DNA of 32,000 nt from Mucisphaera calidilacus (GTDB taxonomy: Bacteria; Planctomycetota; Phycisphaerae; Phycisphaerales; Phycisphaeraceae), in assembly GCF_007748075.1 (NCBI RefSeq), contig NZ_CP036280.1, positions 1,530,001 through 1,562,000 on the forward strand, written 5' to 3'. The position numbers and the translations under genes are program-made. The notes under the pieces were generated by a model. The model made no database searches. It was not told the DNA's origin and saw nothing but the letters and a program-made list of their open reading frames with translations. Shown here piece by piece: positions 24,272 to 32,000 of the stretch. Positions within the stretch are counted from its first letter, which is position 1. Each line of letters opens with the position of its first letter.

Positions 24272-25354
24272 TCAGAGGTTGGCGAGTCGTTGGGCGCGGT
24301 CTTCGGCGATGAGGGCATCGACGAGCGGGGCGAGTTTGCCGGCCATGACTTCCTGGAGGTTGAAGCTCTGGTTGAGTCGGTGGTCGACGGCGATGTTGTC
24401 TTTATAGCGGTAGGTTCGGATGCGTTCGCTGCGTGCGCCGGAGCCGATCATGGAGGACCGCTGTTCGGATCGCTGGGCGTCGGCCTGCTCTCGGGCGTGC
24501 TGGTAGAGCCGGGCGCGGAGGAGTTGCCAGGCCTTCTCGCGGTTCTGCTGCTGGCTCTTGGACTCCTGCATGCGGACCTCGATGCCGGTGGGTTTGTGGA
24601 TGAGGTGGACGGCGGTGGCGACCTTGTTGACGTTCTGGCCGCCGGGGCCTTGTGCGGTGGTGATGTGGATGTCGACGTCTTCGGGTGCGATCTGGACTTC
24701 GACTTCTTCGGGTTCGGCGAGGACGGCGACGGTGGCGGTGGAGGTGTGGACGCGTCCCTGGGTTTCGGTGGCGGGCACGCGTTTGACGCAGTGGACGCCT
24801 CCTTCGTAGCCGAGTCCCTGCCAGACGGCTTCGCCTTTGACGCTGACGGTGGCGGCGCGGATGCCGCCCTGCTCGCCGGGCGAGACGGCCATGAGTTCGA
24901 ATTTCCAGCGTCGTTCGGCGGCGAATCGCTGGAACATCTCGAGGATGTCGCCTGCCCAGAGCGCGGCCTCGTCGCCTCCGGTTCCGGCGCGTACTTCGAG
25001 GATGACGGCGGCGACGGATCGGTCGTCGGCGGTGACGAGTTCGTGGCTGATTTCGTCGAGGAGTTGTTCGGCCTGGTCGCGTAGTCGCGGCAGTTCGTCT
25101 TTGGCGAGCGCGGTGAGTTCGGGGTCTTCGGCGTCGTCGATGAGTTGCTGGTGCTGGTCGGCCTCGTCGGTGAGTTTGCGCCAGTGTGCGAAGCGTGTGG
25201 CGACGGGTTCGAGGGCGGCTCGGCGTACGGAGAGCTGCCTGAGTCTGTCGGGGTCGCGCAGGACGTCCGCGGACTGGAGTTGCTGGTTGATCCCGGCGAA
25301 TTCTTCGCTTAGCGCGTCGAGCTTGCCGATGAGGCGCTGCTGAAAGTCAGCCAT
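24272..25354 (-). CDS. prfA: peptide chain release factor 1
   Basis: It has [12 protein letters not shown] (RF1 PxT tripeptide motif) and [10 protein letters not shown] (GGQ). Length is 360 aa. Confidence 0.95.
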   Translation of the reverse strand: MADFQQRLIGKLDALSEEFAGINQQLQSADVLRDPDRLRQLSVRRAALEPVATRFAHWRKLTDEADQHQQLIDDAEDPELTALAKDELPRLRDQAEQLLDEISHELVTADDRSVAAVILEVRAGTGGDEAALWAGDILEMFQRFAAERRWKFELMAVSPGEQGGIRAATVSVKGEAVWQGLGYEGGVHCVKRVPATETQGRVHTSTATVAVLAEPEEVEVQIAPEDVDIHITTAQGPGGQNVNKVATAVHLIHKPTGIEVRMQESKSQQQNREKAWQLLRARLYQHAREQADAQRSEQRSSMIGSGARSERIRTYRYKDNIAVDHRLNQSFNLQEVMAGKLAPLVDALIAEDRAQRLANL

Positions 25355-25387
25355 GCCGGCCGTTCACCGTAGCGTGAGGGGTTGGTC

Positions 25388-25651
25388 TCAGCCCTTTTTC
25401 TTGAAGTAGCCGCCGGCGAACTTCCGCTGGAACTTCTCGACGCGACCTGCGGTGTCGAGGAACTTCTGCTTGCCGGTGAAGAAGGGGTGCGAGGCGGAAG
25501 AGATGTCCACCTTGACGAGGGGGTATTCCTTGCCGTCGTCCCATGTGGTGGTGTCTTTGGTCTGGACGGTGGAGCGCGTGATGAAGCGCTGTCCCGCGGA
25601 GACGTCCTCGAAGACAACGGGTCGGTAGGTTGGGTGGATGTCCTTCTTCAT
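25388..25651 (-). CDS. rpmE: 50S ribosomal protein L31, type B (Cys-less, zinc-independent form)
   Basis: [16 protein letters not shown]...HPFFTGKQK... starts at ATG 25651. There is no cysteine in the 87 aa. The track's longer start at 25735 adds non-conserved residues and overlaps the divergent neighbour. Confidence 0.9.
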   Translation of the reverse strand: MKKDIHPTYRPVVFEDVSAGQRFITRSTVQTKDTTTWDDGKEYPLVKVDISSASHPFFTGKQKFLDTAGRVEKFQRKFAGGYFKKKG

Positions 25652-25726
25652 GGCAAGCTCCTGGGCCTTTCCGGCCCCATCAGTCGAGCCGAATAATGTA
25701 ACCTTTTCCGGGTCAGGAGCCAAATC

Positions 25727-26650
25727 GTGACCCAAGAAACGTCAACGCCTACCTATCACACCCTTCTCAACGGCCAGTTCTGCGAGCCGGGCGAGGCCCG
25801 AATTTCGCTGGACGATGCTGGGTTCCAGCATGGTATCGGACTCTTTGAGACGCTTTATGTGCAAAATAGTCGGGTTTTTCGCGGTCGAGAGCATCTGAGT
25901 CGGCTAGCTAACTCCGCTCGTGAGCTGGGGTTACTGGAGGATCTGGATGTTGACCCGCTGCTGGCCTCGCTCGATAAGACGATTGAACATAATCACTTAG
26001 ATCGCGCACGGCTGCGTCTGACGCTGACGGCGGGTGCGGTGAGTCTGCTTCCGGGGCGTGAGGCACCGGCGCGGCCGATGCCGACACTGGCGATTCAGCC
26101 GTCGCCGGTGACGGCGTATGACCCTCAGTATTTTGAGGATGGTGTGCTGGTGCTGATTGCGCCGTCGCATGTGAATCCGCTGGACCCGACGGCGGGTCAC
26201 AAGACGCTGAACTACTGGCAGCGTCTGCGGTCGCTTCGTCAGGCGGCGGCGGCGGGTGCCGGCGAGGCGGTCTGGCTGTCGGTGACGAATCACCTGGCGT
26301 CGGGTGCGATCAGCAATCTGTTTCTGGTGCGTGACGACACGATTCAGACGCCTATCGCGCATGGCGAGGAGCCGGAGGGTTCGCTTCAGGCACCGGTGCT
26401 GCCCGGGGTGACGCGTGGCGCGGTTCTGGAGTGTGCCGAGGCGTTGGGGATCACGGCGGTGAAGGCGATGCTGACGATTGATGATCTGCTGACGGCGGAC
26501 GAGGTGTTTCTGACGAACTCGGGTTGGCAGGTGCTGCCGGTGACGCGTGTGGAGCGTTCGCAGATCGGTGACGGTCGGCCCGGGCCGGTGACGGGTCGGG
26601 TGCGTGAGGCGGTGTTGGGGTTGATCGAGCGGGAGACGGCGCAGAGGTGA
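25727..26650 (+). CDS. class IV (fold type IV) PLP-dependent aminotransferase family: aminodeoxychorismate lyase or branched-chain/D-amino-acid aminotransferase-like
   Basis: 307 aa with a GTG start. It has [22 protein letters not shown] (candidate PLP Lys), [10 protein letters not shown] and EVFLTNS. Substrate class cannot be decided by eye. Confidence 0.75.
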   Translation: MTQETSTPTYHTLLNGQFCEPGEARISLDDAGFQHGIGLFETLYVQNSRVFRGREHLSRLANSARELGLLEDLDVDPLLASLDKTIEHNHLDRARLRLTLTAGAVSLLPGREAPARPMPTLAIQPSPVTAYDPQYFEDGVLVLIAPSHVNPLDPTAGHKTLNYWQRLRSLRQAAAAGAGEAVWLSVTNHLASGAISNLFLVRDDTIQTPIAHGEEPEGSLQAPVLPGVTRGAVLECAEALGITAVKAMLTIDDLLTADEVFLTNSGWQVLPVTRVERSQIGDGRPGPVTGRVREAVLGLIERETAQR

Positions 26651-26748
26651 TGCGGCGTTTTTCGACGAGTCTGGATTGGTTTTGAGGTTGGGAGGGTTTC
26701 ACACACAGCAACCTCGGGGACTCAGTTGTGGTGTGCCAGCCGGGGGTG

Positions 26749-27771
26749 TCAGGTGAGTGTGATGTTGAGTTGGTAGTCGCGGGATTCGCCGGGCTGGATC
26801 CGGGGTCGGGGGTTTGATCCGTCGGAGTCGGGTCCGGGTGTGGGTCCGACGAAGGGTTCGATTCCGCAGACGTATCCGGCGGGTCCGACGTGCTGCCAGA
26901 CGGTGAGGCCCGGGAGTTGTTGAGTGTGGTAGGCGAAGGTGAGTTTGAGTTTGCGGTGCGGGTTAATGACGGAGGCTTGGGCGAGTCCCTGGGCGTCGGA
27001 TTCGGGTTGGATGACGACGCCGCCCTCGCCTGCGCCGGCGTGGTCGTCGCGGGGGGCGGTGATGTGCTTGAAGGCGTTGGGGTCCTGATCGTGGAGGAGG
27101 GTTCCCCAGCGAGACTGGATGTCGCCTTCGATATCGAGTTGTGTGCCTTCGGTGAGGAGCGGGTGTCCGAGGTTGCAGTGGTAGAGGAGGGCTTCGGGTA
27201 TGGGTGTGTCGCCTCGGTTGGTGAGTGTGTCGTGGATGTGGATGGCGGGTTGGCCGAGCGTTCCGCTGATCGAGCGTTTTGTTTCGACGCAGGGGCCGAA
27301 CATGGAGGTCTGGTCGATGCGGAGTTTGAGGGTGAAGTCGCGTTTGCCTGTGCGGGGGTCGGCGTTGTCGACGGCGAGGATGGCGGCTGGCGTGAGGTGG
27401 TGTCTTCCGTGGACGCCTGCCTGCCAGGGTTCGCCTCCTTCGACGGGTCTTCCGACGTGGAGGGGTCCGCAGGTGGTGACGAGCCCCCCCGCCCAGCTCG
27501 CGAGCCATGCCATGTCGACGCCGTCGGCGCGTTCGGCTGGTTTGAGGCCGTTCTGGGTGAGGTAGGCGAGTGGACAGTCCATGTAGGTGGCGTCGTAGAT
27601 GTCGCCGCCTCGGTCGAGCGCGACGGTGTATCGGAGTCCGGCGCCGGTGTCGATGAAGGCGACGCGTGTGTTCTGTCCGCCTAGGGGCTGTGGTGCGTCG
27701 AGTGTTCCGGTGCGGATGCCGCCGGCCTGTGCGGGGCATTCCATGAGGGCGTAGTCGATGGTTGTGGGCAT
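26749..27771 (-). CDS. DUF4432 / aldose-1-epimerase-like superfamily protein
   Basis: 340 aa and beta-rich. Segments such as FIDTGAGLRYTVALDRGGDIYDATY and GVHGRHHLTPA resemble DUF4432 proteins found in sugar loci. It lies downstream of the AraC gene on the same strand. Confidence 0.6.
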   Translation of the reverse strand: MPTTIDYALMECPAQAGGIRTGTLDAPQPLGGQNTRVAFIDTGAGLRYTVALDRGGDIYDATYMDCPLAYLTQNGLKPAERADGVDMAWLASWAGGLVTTCGPLHVGRPVEGGEPWQAGVHGRHHLTPAAILAVDNADPRTGKRDFTLKLRIDQTSMFGPCVETKRSISGTLGQPAIHIHDTLTNRGDTPIPEALLYHCNLGHPLLTEGTQLDIEGDIQSRWGTLLHDQDPNAFKHITAPRDDHAGAGEGGVVIQPESDAQGLAQASVINPHRKLKLTFAYHTQQLPGLTVWQHVGPAGYVCGIEPFVGPTPGPDSDGSNPRPRIQPGESRDYQLNITLT

Positions 27772-27819
27772 GTTCGCGGCTCCGAGGGTGCTACAGCTTA
27801 AGGCGGAATTGTCTGGTGT

Positions 27820-28665
27820 TCATGTCGCTGTCTGGCCGTGGCCCTTGTGTTTGCGGAGGTTGGTGGGCGAGTGTCCGGTGTGCTGTCTGACGTGTCGTGC
27901 GAGGGAGTGTGTGGAGGTGTAGCCTGACTGCCTTGCGATGTCTGTGATGGCGAGGGTGGTCTGTGTGATGAGGTTGACGGCGGCTTCGACGCGGTGCCTG
28001 GAGAGGTAGGCGTGGGGCGTTTCGCCGACGCGTTCGTGGAAGACGCGACAGAGGTGTTCGCGTGAGATGCCGAATCGGTCGGCGACGCGTTTGATGGACC
28101 ATGGTGCGAGAGGCTGTCGGACGAGTTGATCGACGGCCTGCTGTGCGGGGGGGAGTTGTTCGCGTCGTGTCTGTCGGACGTGGTCGAAGAGTCTGGTGAT
28201 GTAGTTGTAGGCCAAGGCGGCGATCTGGGTCGGGTCGGTGCCTCGCGCGGGTTCGGTGGCGTCGATGAGTTGGTCGAGGTTGTCGAGGAGGGTGGGGTTG
28301 GAGGCGGTTTCGATGACGGGTCCGCGTATGGCTCGCAGCGCGTCGGCGTGTTGGTGGACGCCTGCGCCGACGAGACCGATGAAGGCGCATCGGTAGGGTC
28401 CGTCGTTGGGGTCGGGGCGGTAGTAGGTGGTGGGTTCGCCGTAGCGGAAGATGATGAGCGATCCCTGGGGTGCGTGGTGCTGGCCGTTGCTGTCTTCGAT
28501 GACGAGTCGGCCGAGGGTTGAGGCCTGGATGACGACGATGCCAGCGGGCTGTCGGTGTGTGTTGTCGAACCAGTAGGCTCGTCCGGCGGGGTTGTGTTCG
28601 CGGCCGCACTGGCGGAGTTCCCAGAGTGTGGGGGAGTTGGCCGGTATTCGGGGGCGGGCACGCAT
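27820..28665 (-). CDS. AraC family transcriptional regulator
   Basis: The C-terminal HTH pair is IKRVADRFGISREHLCRVFHERVGETPHAYLSRHRVEAAVNLI...ITDIARQSGYTSTHSLARHVRQHTGHSPTNLRK. ATG 28665 is preferred over GTG 28692, because the extra 9 codons (AGA AGA AGT ... ATA) are atypical for this genome. Confidence 0.85.
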   Translation of the reverse strand: MRARPRIPANSPTLWELRQCGREHNPAGRAYWFDNTHRQPAGIVVIQASTLGRLVIEDSNGQHHAPQGSLIIFRYGEPTTYYRPDPNDGPYRCAFIGLVGAGVHQHADALRAIRGPVIETASNPTLLDNLDQLIDATEPARGTDPTQIAALAYNYITRLFDHVRQTRREQLPPAQQAVDQLVRQPLAPWSIKRVADRFGISREHLCRVFHERVGETPHAYLSRHRVEAAVNLITQTTLAITDIARQSGYTSTHSLARHVRQHTGHSPTNLRKHKGHGQTAT

Positions 28666-28765
28666 TATCACATATTGCACACTTCTTCTCACACAATCAA
28701 GTTATTCATGGGTTTTATTCGTGATATACCTCACGAACTGGCTTTTGTTCTGATCACCCCCCTGC

Positions 28766-30226
28766 ATGAGGTTTTTTGCGATGGCGACTGAAGAGAAGGC
28801 GGGTCATGCGGCCCACATGAAGAAATCGGACGAGCGTGGTCTGCCTGGCGAGCTGCCGCGGCCGATCAACCTGACGTTTCTGGGTGCGGGTTCGATGTTC
28901 TGCCCGGTGCTGAGTCGTGACCTTGTGTTGATTCCGGGTGGTGCTCGGGGTGAGATCCGTCTGGTGGATGTTGATGCTGATCGTCTGGCGACGATGCACA
29001 AGCTGGTGGGCAAGCTGGTGAAGGATCTGGGGCGCGAGGATGACTGGGTGGTCACGTCGCACACGGATCGTCGTGCGGCGTTGCCTGGGACGGACTACGC
29101 GGTGTGCTGCGTTGAGGTTTCGGGCCCGGCGTGTGTGGCGATGGAAAACGACATCCCGCTGAAGTACGGGGTGGATCAGTGCATCGGCGACACGATGGGT
29201 CCGGGCGGCCTGTTCAAGGGTTTGCGGACGATCCCGGTGTTTCTGGACATCCTGCGTGACATGAAGGAGCTGTGTCCGCGTGCGTTGATGCTGAATTACA
29301 CGAACCCGATGAGCATGATGTGCCTGGCGGCGGGTCGTGCTGTGCCTGAGATTTCGGTGGTGGGTCTGTGCCACAGCGTGCAGGGGACGAGTCATCAGTT
29401 GGCGGAGAAGGCGGGCGTGCCTTACGAGGAGCTTGCGTGGGAGTGCGCGGGGATCAATCACCTGGCGTGGTTCACGCGGCTGGAGCACCGGGGAGAGAAT
29501 CTTTATGAAAAGGTTCTGTACCGGCAGTTCCGTGAGCTGGTGGATCAGGCGATGGCGGCGGAGACGCCTGACGATGAGTTGCAGGACATTGTGCGTGCGG
29601 ACATGTGTCTGAACTTTGGGGCGTACATCACGGAGAGTTCGGGTCACTTGTCGGAGTACCTGCCTTATTATCGCAAGTCGGATTCGGGTCGGAAGCTGCT
29701 GCGTTCGGGGTATTGCGGTGAGAGTCGTTTTTATGCGTCGAACTGGCCGACGTGGCGTTCGGATTCGGACAAGCACCGGCTGGAGATCATCGAGGGGACG
29801 CGTGATTTCGATCTGGAGCGTTCGTGGGAGTACGCGTCGTGGATCATCGAGGCGTGCGAAAAAGATGTGCCTTACCGGATTCACGGGAACGTGATGAACA
29901 ACGACGGGAGTTCGGGTGAGGCGGGCAAGCTGATCACGAATCTGCCGGGTGATGGTTGTGTGGAGGTGGCGTGCGTGATCGATCAGAACGGTGTGAACCC
30001 GACGCGTTACGGTGCGTTGCCGGCGCAGATGGCTCATATCTGCGCGAGCAACATGGCGTTCTTTGATCTGGCGGCGACGGCGGTGGTTGAGGGTTCCCGG
30101 GAGGCGGCGACGCACGCGTTGATGCTGGACCCGCTGACGCAGGCGGTCTGCACGCCTGGGGAAATCAAGTCCATGTCGGATGAGATGTTTGATGCAGAAT
30201 CGGAGTACCTGGGGCATTATGCTTAG
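28766..30226 (+). CDS. glycoside hydrolase family 4 (NAD+/Mn2+-dependent alpha-galactosidase/alpha-glucosidase)
   Basis: It has INLTFLGAGSMFCP (Rossmann GxGS), MLNYTNPMSMM and VGLCHSVQGT (the GH4 Cys-His metal site). The true start may be ATG 28817 (MKKSDERG...). Confidence 0.85.
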   Translation: MRFFAMATEEKAGHAAHMKKSDERGLPGELPRPINLTFLGAGSMFCPVLSRDLVLIPGGARGEIRLVDVDADRLATMHKLVGKLVKDLGREDDWVVTSHTDRRAALPGTDYAVCCVEVSGPACVAMENDIPLKYGVDQCIGDTMGPGGLFKGLRTIPVFLDILRDMKELCPRALMLNYTNPMSMMCLAAGRAVPEISVVGLCHSVQGTSHQLAEKAGVPYEELAWECAGINHLAWFTRLEHRGENLYEKVLYRQFRELVDQAMAAETPDDELQDIVRADMCLNFGAYITESSGHLSEYLPYYRKSDSGRKLLRSGYCGESRFYASNWPTWRSDSDKHRLEIIEGTRDFDLERSWEYASWIIEACEKDVPYRIHGNVMNNDGSSGEAGKLITNLPGDGCVEVACVIDQNGVNPTRYGALPAQMAHICASNMAFFDLAATAVVEGSREAATHALMLDPLTQAVCTPGEIKSMSDEMFDAESEYLGHYA

Positions 30227-30262
30227 CGGCGTGATGGTTCGTGTCTTCGTGTCCAGGTTGCC

Positions 30263-31906
30263 ATGAAGTATCTATTCGGCTCGATATTTGCGGCGCTGGT
30301 TGTGGCGAGTTTTGTGATCCGCGCGACGTTCCCGGACACGGCGACGCGTGTGCCGGTGCTGTACTGGGTGACGGACCCGGCACCGGCGCGTGTGGAGCAG
30401 GTGAATCGGTTCCATCAGTGGCTGATCGAGACCGGGCGGTACACGGAGGATGTGATTGCGGATGAGGCGGGTCTGGCTCGTTTTCGGCGTGAGGTTCCGG
30501 AGGCGTTGATTGATGACATCATCGTGACGCAGCCGGCGTTGGCGGGTGTTCTGGGGGATGAGCCTGACCTGTCGGTGTTGCCTGTGACGGTGCGGGTTCC
30601 GGCGTGCGAGATGCGTCTGGACACGGCGAACCGTGATGACACGAAGCAGAAGGTTCAGGCGGTGTCGGGTGTGGCGGCGGACGTGATGGACGTGTTCAAC
30701 GGTTCGAGCATGCGGATGTTCGCGGCGATGGGGGTTCTGCGTGACGTGACGGAGGATGCGGAGCGTCTGGGTTTCGGGTTGTCGGAGACGTATGCGGCGC
30801 TTCGTCCTGAGGTGATTGTTGACGGTCGTCAGTACATGTACCCGTGCAATGTGTCGTCGTCGTATTACACGGTGAACAACGACCTGTTTCGTTCGCTGGG
30901 GATGGAGCCACCGCCTCGTCGCTGGACGTTTGATGAGTTTGAGCGGATCGGTATTGCGTTCTGCGAGCGTGCGAATGAGGGCAAGCGTCGTCGGGACACG
31001 TTCTTTCTGAACAAGATCGACTGGACGCGGATGCATCGGGGGTTGGGGGTGTCTCGTTTCAACGAGACGATGACGGCGTGTGTGCTGGACTGCGCGGGAT
31101 ATGCGGAGGGGATGGAGCGTGGCAAGCGTTGGATGTATGAGATCAATATCATCCCGACGCCTGACGATGTGGATGCGTTTGCGTCGGCGCGGACGTATGG
31201 GGGGGCGGACCCGGCGATGTTCGGCGCGGGCCATTTCGGCATGATCGAGGGTGGTCGGTACTGGCTGATGCAGTTCCGGGAGTTTGATGAGTTGGGGGAG
31301 TTGGGGTTTGCGGAGCCGCCTCACGGGGGTTTTCCGAACACGACGATCGGGACGCGTGGGGCGCTGGTTTACAAGGGGACGCGTTACCCTGAGCTGGCGA
31401 CGTTGTTTCTGGCTTACCTGGCGAGCGAGAAGTACAACAATCTGATTGTTGAGGATTCGGATGCGTTGCCGCCTAACCCGGTGTACGCGCAGAGCGAGGC
31501 GTATCTTCGTCCGGCGGATCATCCGAACGAGTGGCTGATACACGGCCCGGCGTTCGAGATTGCGCAGACGATTGCGATCGGTGACGAGTACAGCCCGTTC
31601 GTGCTGCCGACGGTGGTGGAGGCGGAGATCAACTATCACCGTGATCGCTTTATTACGGGTCAGAGCACGGCGGCGGAGGCGGCGCGGAACACGGCGTCTG
31701 CGATCAACCAGGAGATCGCGAAGCGGTTGGGTCGTGAGCCGCGGCTGGTGCCTGAGTATGAGGAGCGTGTCGAGCGTCAGGCGCGGATTGATGCGTTGAA
31801 GGCGTCGGGGGAGCCGATTCCGGCGTCGTGGATTGATAACCCGTTTCTCAAGGCGTATTACAGGCATCTGGGTATGACGCGTGACGATGACGGGGGTGGG
31901 CTGTGA
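30263..31906 (+). CDS. extracellular solute-binding protein of a carbohydrate ABC transporter (N-terminal membrane anchor or signal)
   Basis: 547 aa. It has an N-terminal hydrophobic helix, and its composition and length fit family-1 sugar SBPs. It is followed by a translationally coupled permease gene (GTGA overlap). Confidence 0.6.
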   Translation: MKYLFGSIFAALVVASFVIRATFPDTATRVPVLYWVTDPAPARVEQVNRFHQWLIETGRYTEDVIADEAGLARFRREVPEALIDDIIVTQPALAGVLGDEPDLSVLPVTVRVPACEMRLDTANRDDTKQKVQAVSGVAADVMDVFNGSSMRMFAAMGVLRDVTEDAERLGFGLSETYAALRPEVIVDGRQYMYPCNVSSSYYTVNNDLFRSLGMEPPPRRWTFDEFERIGIAFCERANEGKRRRDTFFLNKIDWTRMHRGLGVSRFNETMTACVLDCAGYAEGMERGKRWMYEINIIPTPDDVDAFASARTYGGADPAMFGAGHFGMIEGGRYWLMQFREFDELGELGFAEPPHGGFPNTTIGTRGALVYKGTRYPELATLFLAYLASEKYNNLIVEDSDALPPNPVYAQSEAYLRPADHPNEWLIHGPAFEIAQTIAIGDEYSPFVLPTVVEAEINYHRDRFITGQSTAAEAARNTASAINQEIAKRLGREPRLVPEYEERVERQARIDALKASGEPIPASWIDNPFLKAYYRHLGMTRDDDGGGL

Positions 31907-32000
31907 GTCGCAAGGTGAAGGATTTCGCGGCGGGGGTTGCGTTTCTGGCGCCGAACATCGCGGGCGTGCTGGTGTTCACGGTGTTCCCGGTGGTGGTGAG
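31903..32000 (+). CDS. ABC transporter permease (sugar type), 3' end cut by window edge
   Basis: GTG at 31903 overlaps the SBP stop codon. The translation VSRKVKDFAAGVAFLAPNIAGVLVFTVFPVVV resembles the N-terminus of MalF/UgpA-type permeases. Confidence 0.55.
   Translation, partial: MSRKVKDFAAGVAFLAPNIAGVLVFTVFPVVV

Noticed and set aside
687-27684. Gly/Val/Asp/Glu-rich ORFs on the G-rich strand (687..1130 -, 5519..5866 -, 8423..9283 -, 23094..23894 +, 24248..25084 +, 26890..27684 +).
   Set aside because: These are antisense shadows of real genes, with repetitive GVGD-type composition and no start context or motifs.
23251-31867. Long - strand ORFs rich in Arg/Pro/His/Thr (23251..23778, 25997..26362, 26963..27739, 27791..28696, 27798..28661, 28754..30217, 30272..31867).
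   Set aside because: This is the same artefact mirrored onto the minus strand after the skew switch. All overlap genes with clear family signatures (trpB, aminotransferase, DUF4432, AraC, GH4, SBP).

Overview
High-GC bacterial chromosomal window. Its gene content (hpnH, FHA-GAF-PP2C, PilZ, many DUF proteins) is loosely Planctomycetota/Phycisphaerae-like, but that is only a guess. I support about 30 protein genes, one tRNA-Pro(GGG) and two tandem-repeat arrays. Genes in order: pyrC (5' partial), a beta-lactamase-fold/M23 fusion, a membrane protein, kdsC, hpnH, ogt, DUF2237, an SMP-30 lactonase, DUF805, ggt, a small GIY-YIG protein, tRNA-Pro, an FHA-GAF-PP2C phosphatase, ubiE, an M48 lipoprotein protease, a His-less B12-binding-like protein plus a PilZ protein, rimO, rho, a 928-aa secreted protein of unknown function, a small membrane protein, a PGPGW membrane protein, trpB, prfA, rpmE (type B), a class IV aminotransferase, and an AraC/DUF4432/GH4/ABC sugar locus. 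No CRISPR array, integrase, transposase or recognisable defence or toxin genes were seen. The strongest signal is compositional rather than a gene. The + strand is extremely A+C-rich from 1 to about 15.6 kb and from 21.7 to 22.9 kb, and extremely G+T-rich from 22.97 kb to the end, regardless of gene orientation. Genes therefore use two different synonymous-codon sets depending on strand. The polarity flips inside a 61-bp spacer between two same-strand genes (22913-22973). This lies next to an AT-richer, motif-dense 261-bp intergenic region (22199-22459), and the C-rich to G-rich direction fits a replication origin. A 5.8-kb block (rimO-rho-928 aa) inside the skewed region lacks the asymmetry. 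Many long ORFs in the supplied track are shadow ORFs produced by this composition and were rejected.
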